Below are positions 47,012 through 61,452 of a stretch of DNA of 64,000 nt, in pieces; position 1 is the stretch's first letter; the number at the start of each line of letters is the position of its first letter. The translations under genes were made by a program, and so were the position numbers. The DNA is from a virus. Lineage: Duplodnaviria; Caudoviricetes. Below the pieces are notes generated by a model. The model was not told the origin of the DNA, did no database searches, and saw nothing but the letters and a program-made list of their open reading frames with translations. The stretch covers positions 224,001-288,000 of IMG/VR virus record IMGVR_UViG_3300017700_000931; one strand, written 5' to 3'.

Positions 47012-47339
47012 AATTTTCCTTTATGTTTTTCTTTCTGAATTCTTCAATATCTTCAGTCTTTATTTTACCAGCCGCTACATTCTTACCTAGGGCCTGAAGA
47101 TAACCTTCTTCTTCAATATCACCTAGGAAGAAAAATTCAGAATTATATACAACTTCTTTAACTGAGAAGATGTATGCTTTTAGCTTACCACTTATAGCTT
47201 CTTCATCAGTCATTGAGTGATAGTAATGATTGCCATCAACGGTTAGTTTAAACAATCGCCCAACCGGACAATTAGGTAATGCTTTTTTGACCATTACGAT
47301 TTTAGGTGGTTCAAGTAATTCTTTTGGAGGATTTGCCAT
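47001..47339 (-). CDS. LPxCP-family paralog 11
   Basis: ALPNCPVGRLFKLTVDG...KAYIFSVKEV. Confidence 0.8.
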   Translation of the reverse strand: MANPPKELLEPPKIVMVKKALPNCPVGRLFKLTVDGNHYYHSMTDEEAISGKLKAYIFSVKEVVYNSEFFFLGDIEEEGYLQALGKNVAAGKIKTEDIEEFRKKNIKENYED

Positions 47340-47340
47340 G

Positions 47341-50300
47341 TTATTCAGGTTTAAATTCTTTTGCGTCTAATAAATCTATTATGGAATCAAGGTGTTCGAG
47401 GTTTTCAATTACTGTTATGAGTTGTGGTTCGCCAACGCCATCATTAATATCAAATAGCTCGTGTGTATTGGTATTGTACATGTAATCCCAATTACCATAA
47501 ATGAATTCAATGTTATTACCTTTAAGGCAAACGAATCCACGTTCTTTGAGAATATCTGGTGTAATCATATTTTACAAAGATAAGAATTATAAATCATGTT
47601 TGACAGCAAAATCAAAAATATAATTTAAAAATAAATCACTAGTATCAGATGGTCCTTTACCAATTAATAGAATTGGAATCCACCATGTGATTGGTAGTAG
47701 AACAATGTATACCACGAAAATGATATAAATAATTCCCAGATATATTCGTTTAATTATCTTCATGTACAAACATTATAAATTGCAGCAATAAAAAAGCTAA
47801 TTATCATTCCTATTGCGATACCTAGTTTTAGTGTTGCTTTATCTTCTTCGGTAATATCTGGGACGACAATCCCATTTTCTTTAACGTATCGTGGTGGAAC
47901 AATAATTGTTTTGACTTGTGATTTAACATCATCTAAGCTAATATTGAATTTCTTTTCAATATCGGCCTTTGTACCATATATGGTTTTACCAATGTTTAAT
48001 TGATGAGCATCCTCATATACTACCATGAATTTATCCACGAAACCAGTTTCGATAACGTGTATTAATTCCGGCTCACCTTCCCATTGGAATGTTTTGCAAT
48101 TATTCTTGATTGGTATCCATTTAATATTTTCGTGCTCTTCCATGATGTCAAGTTAATATTACTTCTAGTTCGTGTCTCAATGCAATAAGTAGTGTCTCTT
48201 TATCCACTTCATAGCATTTTTTAGTTGTGTTAACACTGTTACGACTATCGCCGGAATGATAATATTTTTCACCTTGTCTTGGTATCACATCTAACATAAG
48301 GTCTAATGAATCTGATATATCAAATTCTTCTGAATCATTATACATTCTGTATGCCCATAATTCAGAAAACCATATACGTTTTACTTCATCAAATAATAGT
48401 TTATCAGGAAGACTATCAGACACTCTTTTAATGAACTCATCAATCTTAGCTCTTTTGAATTCAGTTGGGTCACATGGTTTAAAATGCTGTAGGTCCAAAT
48501 TATAATCTCTGTTAACATAGTTACCATTTTCATCAAAGAAGCAACTAATTGAGCCATATCCTTTAAAATATTCGAATTTAAAACCATGATATGTTGAAAT
48601 CTCAATTCTCTCATGGTATCTAGCAGCTACGCTAACTTCATCATATCCTTCAACTCTATGTGGATTCTTAGGCATAGCATCTTTAATACCTAATAAGATA
48701 TCATGTCCATCAGTTACGGTACCAAAGTTTTGTGTGAAGTAATCACCAACATAAAATTGTTTATTGATTTCCGTCAGCAATTTTTCTTTGGATGATGCTG
48801 GTTCAACAATGACATGTTTACCATGTCTATTTTTCACTAAGACTTCGGTATCACTAATGCGATTTATTACTTCACATTTACCTTGAAACATATCCTCTAT
48901 GATATTCTTATCTTCGATAACCCTAACGGCTTTAATTTTTGCTACCAATTCTTTATCAGTATTCTCAAATACTGAATAACCTTTTTGGTCAGCGTAATCC
49001 CCAATTCGTTTCATAATTATTTTTAATTAAATAGAAATTTATCACTTGTTGCTTCTACTTTAAAATCTGGTTGTTCTCTGTGGTGTGCCTTTATTACTGC
49101 AACCAATTTCTTGTCACTAGTTGGGTTGTTTTCTCTTATCTCAATACTATCAATAATGAAAAACCCTTTAAGACTAAAATTTTCACTGTATATTTCAGTA
49201 CTATTGGTTGGAGTGCAAGAAATCTTTTTCATATTTAAAGTAGAAATCTTTTCTGTTGTCCTAGCTATTTTTATTAACCTTTCCAAACATTTAGATTCTG
49301 CCTCTTCGTATGTTCCATTATAATTGATATCAGAAGTAACAAGTTTATCCGTTTTAGTATTGTATATCCTATAGGAAAATTCTTGTGAACCAATTTCTGG
49401 TAATCCAGCTAAGGCGTATTCAGTTCTAAACCATCTAAACACTTGTTGGTATGTTGGTGCCTTACATATTGAAATATTAGTTCTCATGTATGATTCAATT
49501 TCACTAGGTTTACCAACTCCAAGTCCGATTATATTTTTATTTTCTGGTTCTCCAGAAGTGCCAGAATTATAATAATAAGCGAAACAAGGTTCATTGAAAT
49601 CTAAATCTTTCAAACCTAACGCTTCTTCATATGTAATAAAATCTTTATTTACCATAACTTATCCATTTGATATTGTAATATCTTTAGGGTATTTAGCTTC
49701 CATTTTTTCGACGAAATCAATTATATCGTCAGCAATTTCGTCTCGCTCACCATGTGGTTGATTTGCTAGAAGCCTTTCCAGTTTATCGATGTGTTCTTTC
49801 GCCACAACATAATCTACATCCATTCCCATAATTCCTTAGTTATTTGTATAACCTTTATCTTCCCACCATTTTAACAAATCTGAGTCAGTAATTTTGTATA
49901 AGTCATCCTCACATTCCATCTTCAGAACCATTTGATTATATCCGGCATATGCAGAAATACAAACTTCAATGCACATACCAACTTTACTTGATAGATACTT
50001 TAAAAATTCCATAGCTAATTCAGGAAGGTCTTTCATTGGTAAGCTAAGCATTTTAATTGCTTCTTCTACTGCAAGATTGTTCGTTGTTTGTTCCATTATA
50101 TTGATGATTTAATTATCAGTAAACATAAATTCTGCAACAGGTTCCTTTGTTTTGGACCATAAGACAATCAATTCATTTCGTTTGGCCTCCATGTCTTTAA
50201 TCAATTGCAATTCTCTTTCTTCACCGTTTTCTTCCCACCAATTGGACCGGATAGAACATTCAATTGGGTCTTGGTTAATTAACCTCACTTCAAAGCTAAT

Positions 50301-50942
50301 GATATTAATCTTCATGTTTTTTATTCCCTCAACCACAACTGGTGTTATCTCACAACAATACTTTAAATCGATAAGTGAATCATCTATCTTCACGAGCATA
50401 TCCCTTGAGGATTCATTGTTGAATCGTTTATCTATGAAGGCTTCTACCATGTTAAGTATTCTGACTTCATTGGCTCCGCTTTCAAAGATATGGTCTATCT
50501 CAAGTTTGAGTTGTCTGGTAAATTCTTGGTTCATAAATTATGAGTTTTTTTGTTGTTTTTTTACAACTTCAATTAGTTTTCTAAGTACTTCCAATTGTGC
50601 TTCAGGATGTGAATTGTAAACACCCACTGAATTATATTCACCTCTTTGCCAATACCGTCCTTCATAGGTTCTCGGTTCTTTTGTTAAATAAGGTTGAATC
50701 CAACTTTCGATAGGCCATTCAACATATACAGTTGTTTTAGCAAACCATCTAAATGCTTGTTGATATAATGGAGCGGATGTTACATCACCATTGACCAGAT
50801 TATCATTCCAATTTCTTGGTTCAGGGTTTATGTTTAAAAAATTATCAGTTCCTTCAACAAAAACACCATAACATGGTTCATTAAAACCTAATTGTTTTAG
50901 AGCTAATGCCTCATCCGGTGCAACAAAATCTTTTTTTTCCAT
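47341..50942 (-). other. Run of short hypothetical CDSs (47341..47568, 47587..47769, 47760..48143, 48148..49014, 49023..49655, 49836..50096, 50109..50534, 50538..50942)
   Basis: Closely spaced ORFs; 49023 and 50538 share the F(V/I)..E.AL.LK.L.F.EPC...AP.YQQ.FRWF family motif. Confidence 0.7.
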
Positions 50943-50943
50943 A

Positions 50944-52578
50944 TTAATTAATACAATGAAATTCTTGAAGTATTGGTTTTAATGTTAATCCATTAATGTC
51001 ATTACTATACTCCAATAAATTAAGTTTAATATTTAAATCTTTAAATTTTTTGTTAATTTTATTAGTATAATCAATAACTTTATTTGGAAATTCTTCAGCT
51101 ACTAGATATCCATTATTTGAGTCCAATTCAATCATGTATTGTAATAATTGAGAAACATCTTTAACTTCTGCTTTATATAGTTTAACTTCCCACGGAATAT
51201 TATCTTCTTTGATGTATATATCTAATTTATTACCTGAACCAGACAAGACATATTCCTCCTTAGTTGAACCAATAATTGTTTTACCATAATACATACTACC
51301 AAAACTATTTAAACTTTGAGCGATTGTATCACGTAATTGATGTTCATCTGACATTTTTTGTTGTCTAATATATGGGTTAGATATCAAATTCATCCCACTT
51401 TTGTTGATGCTATTTTTAAATGATTTTGCTGATTCTTCATTATAAAATTTAAAATTATCTGAAGAACTAATTTTACCATTTTTCAAAAACAATTTTATTT
51501 GTTCTAGAATATTTAAAACATCATCACTTCTAATAATTCTATTTTTTGTAATAACAGTTTCCACACCATACCAACGTACTTGTCCTCGTAAAAATTGAGT
51601 CCAATTACTACCTGTATCATTAATAAAATCAACAACATGTTCTTCTATAAGAATGTCATAAATAAAAAAATCAAAACCACCATACTTAGCAGCAATATTA
51701 TATGGATAATTACTTCCTGATTTTAATAATTTTGGGTCCATATCAAGCATTTGATAATGCTTGATTCCTATAATATCATTTTTAGGTGAATAACCAAATT
51801 TTAATATTGCTTTAACATTACCACATGTGAACTCTTTACCATCAATTATAGGGTCTTCAATCTTTTTTGTCTTGTCAGCATCCCATTCTGGAGGATAATA
51901 ATATATTGGTTTAACACTATTGATTATTTCAGTCCTTATTTTTTCTTCATCAACAATTGTTAAGTTAAATTTGATTGAGGTATCAGTTAAAATTAATTGA
52001 TATTTTTTTCCTAAAATATTCTTCATTTGATTAATACCTTTATGAGTTGAAATTTTAAAAAATTTGTTCTTATCTTTTGAAACAAATATTTCAACTTCAG
52101 TTCCGTGGTCACCATCAAAATTAATAGGCGTTAGACTTATATCATCTCCAATACTAAATTCATCAATAGAATAACCATCTATTAATTTTATATGTTCTTC
52201 ATTAATAGCTTTTGTTTTAACTTCAAATTTTTCGCCTAAAAATAAAACACTAGATTTTAAACCAACATCATGTTCATTAATACTATTTTGAGTTTCCTTT
52301 GCGAATGGTGTAAGGGCCATATTTATTTCATGAGATGGTATCCCACACCCATTATCCTTTATAATAACTTTATCAACAACTTTAATATATTTGTCACCCT
52401 CCAATTCTGATTTAATGATAAACTTAAGTTCTATTGATAAATTATTAACTTTACTAGCGATAGAATTATTTATTAATTCATATATTGCTTCTTCTGGTGA
52501 CTCATATGGTGTTTTACTTAACCCCTTAAGTAAATTGACTGGTTTAGTACCTTTTATTTTAATTTGTGTTGGTTTCAT
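50944..52578 (-). CDS. GHKL (MORC/Hsp90-like) ATPase fused to a C-terminal PD-(D/E)XK nuclease
   Basis: AIYELINNS, IKDNGCGI, VGLKSS, HGTEVEI; C-terminal KLDI...WEVK...VSQLLQYM. Confidence 0.85.
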   Translation of the reverse strand: MKPTQIKIKGTKPVNLLKGLSKTPYESPEEAIYELINNSIASKVNNLSIELKFIIKSELEGDKYIKVVDKVIIKDNGCGIPSHEINMALTPFAKETQNSINEHDVGLKSSVLFLGEKFEVKTKAINEEHIKLIDGYSIDEFSIGDDISLTPINFDGDHGTEVEIFVSKDKNKFFKISTHKGINQMKNILGKKYQLILTDTSIKFNLTIVDEEKIRTEIINSVKPIYYYPPEWDADKTKKIEDPIIDGKEFTCGNVKAILKFGYSPKNDIIGIKHYQMLDMDPKLLKSGSNYPYNIAAKYGGFDFFIYDILIEEHVVDFINDTGSNWTQFLRGQVRWYGVETVITKNRIIRSDDVLNILEQIKLFLKNGKISSSDNFKFYNEESAKSFKNSINKSGMNLISNPYIRQQKMSDEHQLRDTIAQSLNSFGSMYYGKTIIGSTKEEYVLSGSGNKLDIYIKEDNIPWEVKLYKAEVKDVSQLLQYMIELDSNNGYLVAEEFPNKVIDYTNKINKKFKDLNIKLNLLEYSNDINGLTLKPILQEFHCIN

Positions 52579-52762
52579 TTTACTATTATTTGTACTTTAA
52601 ATTACTGTATTTCCAGCTTCAATCAATCTTTTTATTGCTGCATCCATTTCTTCTTTACCTTTGGGGGTCCGGTTCCAAGACTTAACATCTTTCCAACCAT
52701 ACCAGACTTTCATTTGGATGAGATAGATTTCAGCTCCATCCCAATCTTCCCACGGACCGTAC

Positions 52763-55422
52763 CTATACGTTTTCATTTTGATTGGCCTTAATAATATTTT
52801 CTAATTCTTTAATCTTATTATCTTTTTCAGACAACAATTTAGCGGCATGGTCTCTTACAATCACAATGTGTGGTAAGTAACGATTTATTAATTCTGGATA
52901 GATATAATTTCTTGCCCATTCTAAATGGTCTTTATCAAATTCTAAATCGAAATCTTTACTTAAATGAGAAATAATATTTTCTTTTATTTCATCATCAGTT
53001 GGTAACACATCTGGTTTTGGGTAAATCATATCACTCATATTACATACTAAATGGCATTTCGAGCCATCTACCTAATTTAATTTTAACTGTTACGGTTCCG
53101 ACCCAACAATCACCTGTCTCACCAACACTACGTTGGTCAATCCAAGCACGTTTTATCTTACCATGATTCTCGTATTGATAGTTGCCAACAGGTTTCCTAA
53201 CAATCTTAAATTTGTCACAAACTTGAGAATCTTCCATGAATGACAATAGGTCCTCATAGAACCTATCTGATTTAATGCTTTTGATTGCTTTAAGTATCCG
53301 GTAGTTTACTCGGTTACATTCATCATTATATTCATTCACAGATTTGGTATAATCATCCATCACCTTATCGAATTCTTTTTGGTTATCTTCCATTATATTT
53401 TGGTTATCTCTCCGTTAGTTGAACGATAATACTTATCACTTTTATAATCACCTAACACATTAACTTGTGTTGCATAGCTATTAAACATTCCGAATTGTTC
53501 CATCACAGGTTCAACACCTTCTTTGTATTCACAGAAGATAGTAAACTTATCCTTTGGGTCAAGCCAATATGGTGCTGCAAGAAATGTATCACCTGTTTCA
53601 ATTTCTTGTACTATTTTAAATGTGTTATTCATTTATTTTTTTGTTGGTACATTGTATGTATCCATTAACCACATTGAGAATGACCTTGTGGTTTTAACTT
53701 CATCATACTCATTCATAATATCCCACCAAGTTTTTGCTTTTTCAGCAATTAATATGTTAGCACGACTATCAGATAGTCGTGGAGTATAATAATCTTCAGC
53801 GTGGATAAAAAGACCACCAGTTAAATCAGCATCAATACCATCAGAGTTTAAACCTCTTCGATATAATTCTACATGAACATTATCACCATCATGGATTTTA
53901 CCATCAACAATATCCTCTAGTGTTGTATTAGATATTTGTTCTGATAAGACAAGTACTTTGTAAAACGCTCTGTCACATGGGCCAGATAAAATTGCTGCAT
54001 TGTAATTTATGTTTTCATCGTCAGCAATTCCAAAATTATTTAACCTTGGATTGAAATACTGGTCTCCCAATTTTATATCCTGTGTTTTAGAAATAATAGC
54101 TGGTTGTAAATTTGCAATTTGATTATTCAGTGGAATAATTATTAAAACACCATTAGTAATAATAGCTTCATGATTAAGAAATCTAAAATATTTAACATGT
54201 TTTGCTTCAATACGAATCATAATTTCTTTTTTAGTGTGTTCCATCAGTTAATGAAATGCCATGCTTAAATCCTCTTAAAAATTCTTCTTTGTTAAAGTCT
54301 TTCTCACCTTCACGTTCTTTAATAGCTGTACCAATAATAAAACCGACTGTATTCCCTAAATCGGATAAATCTGGCTTGAGTGTTGGCCTTATTTTCTCAA
54401 ACTTCTCAAACATGATTTTATCTTTGTTTAAAGCGGCGATTAATTTATCAATAGTATCTATCATATTAAGATTTATTTAAGTCTTTTTAATTTACCAAGT
54501 TCATCAACAAACTCTCTGTGACTTTCACCCATACCATTACTATAATTGTTTAGTGCATAATATGTATTATTTATTGAGGCAACAATAGCTGACTTTTCCT
54601 TTTTATTTAGTAGAAGGCTAATGAAAAAATATCTAACTTTTTTCATAACTTAAGTTTCTGTTGATTCAACTAACTCAAATCCTTGTTCAATTGCCATGAG
54701 GAATTCTGCTTTAGTGAATCCGGCTTTACCAATGTTATCCTTTACAGCTAATGCCATAACAACACCTACTGTACTACCAATATCCTTTAGTGTTCCAGTG
54801 GTCTTACATCTCGCATGGGTTTCTTTTTCCTTATTGAGCTCACGTATTAAAAGGTCAATTGTTTTATTCATTCTTTTTTTTGTTAATGTTGTCATTAATT
54901 GTTTTCAAAGCAATAAAAATATCTCTAAGATACATGAATAATGCTGCTATAAGTAAACCAAACGTTAATGATGTCCAAAAATCAAATGATATTCTAAGTA
55001 TTAAATGTATTATTAATACTTTTATAAAAAACAATTGAGGTACGCTTAAATCCTCAGTAAATTTATCACTCATTAGATTTACACGATTTATGTCTAAGTT
55101 TATTCATACTAATTTGAAGTTCTTTAATCTCAATTAGTCTAACACATTTCATCGAATCAATGAACTCATAACTTCCTTTATCAGTAAAAGAAAAATCTGG
55201 TGACTTAGTAATTAAGACATACCCAGTGAAATCTTTATGAAATATAAGTGGATGGGTATCATCATCACCAAAAGAAATTGTATCAAGAGTATGATACTCC
55301 CAACTATCCTCAACATACGAAATAGTTTGTTGGATGTCGAATTCATCGCTTGATGTTTCCTCAAGGCATGATGTCATGCTGATTAATAAACTTGCGAATA
55401 ATGTGTAGATTGCTATTTTCAT
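52763..55422 (-). other. Run of short hypothetical CDSs (52763..53038, 53040..53393, 53393..53632, 53633..54244, 54231..54464, 54650..54895, 54864..55073, 55066..55422)
   Basis: Coupled ORFs; 54231 and 54650 are paralogs; 55066 has a lipobox (MTS-CLEE). Confidence 0.7.
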
Positions 55423-55460
55423 AAAACAAAATTATACTTTTTTATTTAATACCACAAGAC

Positions 55461-56585
55461 CTATTCTTCAATAGGATTGAAAATGCTCCAAATTGTAATT
55501 GCAATTGTCACAATTAGTGTAGTAATATGGCACCATGTAATTGCCCATCCGGGTGGGTCTACAGTCAAATAACTGAATTCTTTAAAGTCCTTTCTAATGA
55601 ATTTTTCACTAAGTTCTGTTTCAACAAATCCGGCTAAGGCAAGTAAGTCTAATTTAGATTGCTTCATGACAAAATCCCTCACATTAATCTTTGGTTCTTG
55701 CACTTCGGACCATGAGAATACATGGCACCAATTGATTGCTGAATAAGATGAATCAGTTCCAATACAAATAACGAATTCATTATCATTACCACCCTTCCAA
55801 TAACGCTCTTGCATTTGTCCAGTTGATGGTGTATGACTACCATATAATAGAACCCAAACTCTTAGGCCCTTAGCTTTACCCAATTTGGAGTTGAGCCAAG
55901 TGAATTCTCTTTCAGCATCTTTATGTAATTCTTTGTTCGCACCTAAGATAGAATGTTGATAACGTCCATTATAAATGTTAGCATACTTATGTAGTCCGTG
56001 GTGTTTAGCTTCTTCTTCACTTACATCAGGATAATTGTATACTGAGTGTGATGCTTGAACTCTATTTTCGTATGTGTGTTCAGTGTACATTGGTTCGAAT
56101 GTTTCCTTCTCACCTTGCCAATAGAATACATACTTATCACCATCATTTGTATATGAATTTCGAGCTAGCTCAACAAAGCTTGGTTTTTGTTTGAATTGCC
56201 TCATTAGACGATTGTATTCGGATTCACTAATACTTTGTACAATACCATTGTTATCTGTGATTTGCCAAGATGCTGGATGATACTTCACATATGAACAATC
56301 GTATGGTCTACTACATGTACTCTTACCACATTTATAATGGTGATAACAAGTCTTATGTATATACTCATTCCAATCCTCGTAATACTCTACCTTTTGGACA
56401 GTCCCACCCCAATACTCAGTATCACTTGTTATGGATTTAATAACAAAGAAACGGAATACGATAATGAATAGTATTGCCACACCAATTGGGATGAGTGCTT
56501 CCCACCAGATGACCTTGTGTTTAAAAAAGTACATTGCTAAGGCACCGATAATTATCGGGTACAATAAGGGAATCCAAATTTCCAT
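55461..56585 (-). CDS. Membrane protein with N- and C-terminal TM segments
   Basis: 374 aa; two N-terminal TM segments, one C-terminal, Cys-rich loop. Confidence 0.8.
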   Translation of the reverse strand: MEIWIPLLYPIIIGALAMYFFKHKVIWWEALIPIGVAILFIIVFRFFVIKSITSDTEYWGGTVQKVEYYEDWNEYIHKTCYHHYKCGKSTCSRPYDCSYVKYHPASWQITDNNGIVQSISESEYNRLMRQFKQKPSFVELARNSYTNDGDKYVFYWQGEKETFEPMYTEHTYENRVQASHSVYNYPDVSEEEAKHHGLHKYANIYNGRYQHSILGANKELHKDAEREFTWLNSKLGKAKGLRVWVLLYGSHTPSTGQMQERYWKGGNDNEFVICIGTDSSYSAINWCHVFSWSEVQEPKINVRDFVMKQSKLDLLALAGFVETELSEKFIRKDFKEFSYLTVDPPGWAITWCHITTLIVTIAITIWSIFNPIEE

Positions 56586-56610
56586 AGGAAGATTTTAAAT
56601 TGTTTTTTAA

Positions 56611-57156
56611 TTAGAATTCTAGATTCTTTTCATCATGTCCGGTTGCCCAAGTATCTTCAGTATATTGGTCAGTGATAACAACTAATTCAAGTTCTGAAGC
56701 ATCATCAATAAACCACTTATAAGGTTTTTGATTTCTTAGTTTATCATGTTCAGCCTTAATAGATATTTTCTTCTTTTGTTCCTCATGAAATTGTGTACGT
56801 GTAGCATTAACTGTTGTCATCAATTTCTCATGTGTAGCCAATGAATATTCTGGATTAGATTCAGCAATCCATTCGAATAATGGTTGACCCTTTTCTCCAT
56901 ATCTACCTTCCATAAGTGGTTGATAAATCTTAAGGAAATCATCAGATGTTTTGCTAACAACATTAGCTTCATCTTCAATGATGGACCACATTGTTTTAAA
57001 GTATGATTTGCATACTTCGTCCTGTGCTTTAAAGTCAGCACGTAATGCAACGTCTTTGTTGTCAGTGTGCCAATCAATACCCCAGATGGTGATAACGAAT
57101 ATCAGTGTTACTACACCACCAAAAATTAATCCCGCTTTTTTCAATTTGTTTTTCAT
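56611..57156 (-). CDS. LemA-like membrane-anchored helical protein
   Basis: Single N-terminal TM, then a helical bundle (WIAESNP, EHDKLRNQKPY); family call is tentative. Confidence 0.55.
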   Translation of the reverse strand: MKNKLKKAGLIFGGVVTLIFVITIWGIDWHTDNKDVALRADFKAQDEVCKSYFKTMWSIIEDEANVVSKTSDDFLKIYQPLMEGRYGEKGQPLFEWIAESNPEYSLATHEKLMTTVNATRTQFHEEQKKKISIKAEHDKLRNQKPYKWFIDDASELELVVITDQYTEDTWATGHDEKNLEF

Positions 57157-57171
57157 ATATTTGTTTTTAAA

Positions 57172-61299
<4,128 letters not shown>

Positions 61300-61314
61300 A
61301 GTTTTGTTTTAAAA

Positions 61315-61448
61315 GTGAGCATGGTGTAGCTGTTAACTCCGGCATCCGAAAGGGTGAAAAGGATACCTTCATAGTCATTTGCGCCTCCACGTTTATTATT
61401 TACCCTTCGTATTTAACGTGCAACACAAGCCACTTCCGCCATGCTCAC
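61315..61448 (-). ncRNA. Candidate structured RNA with a kissing-loop
   Basis: 10-bp closing stem, two internal hairpins with complementary loops. Confidence 0.55.
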
Positions 61449-61452
61449 AATA

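Noticed and set aside
43017-47339. Diversity-generating retroelement behind the LPxCP array
   Set aside because: No reverse transcriptase and no near-identical TR/VR pair differing at adenines is visible; the paralogs are broadly diverged.
61315-61448. Known riboswitch (lysine, cobalamin, SAM-I, FMN) or twister/hammerhead ribozyme
   Set aside because: Short resemblances exist (GAGGCGC..ATGA, GGAG..GCTAC), but the core consensus elements and lengths do not fit. Left unassigned pending Rfam.
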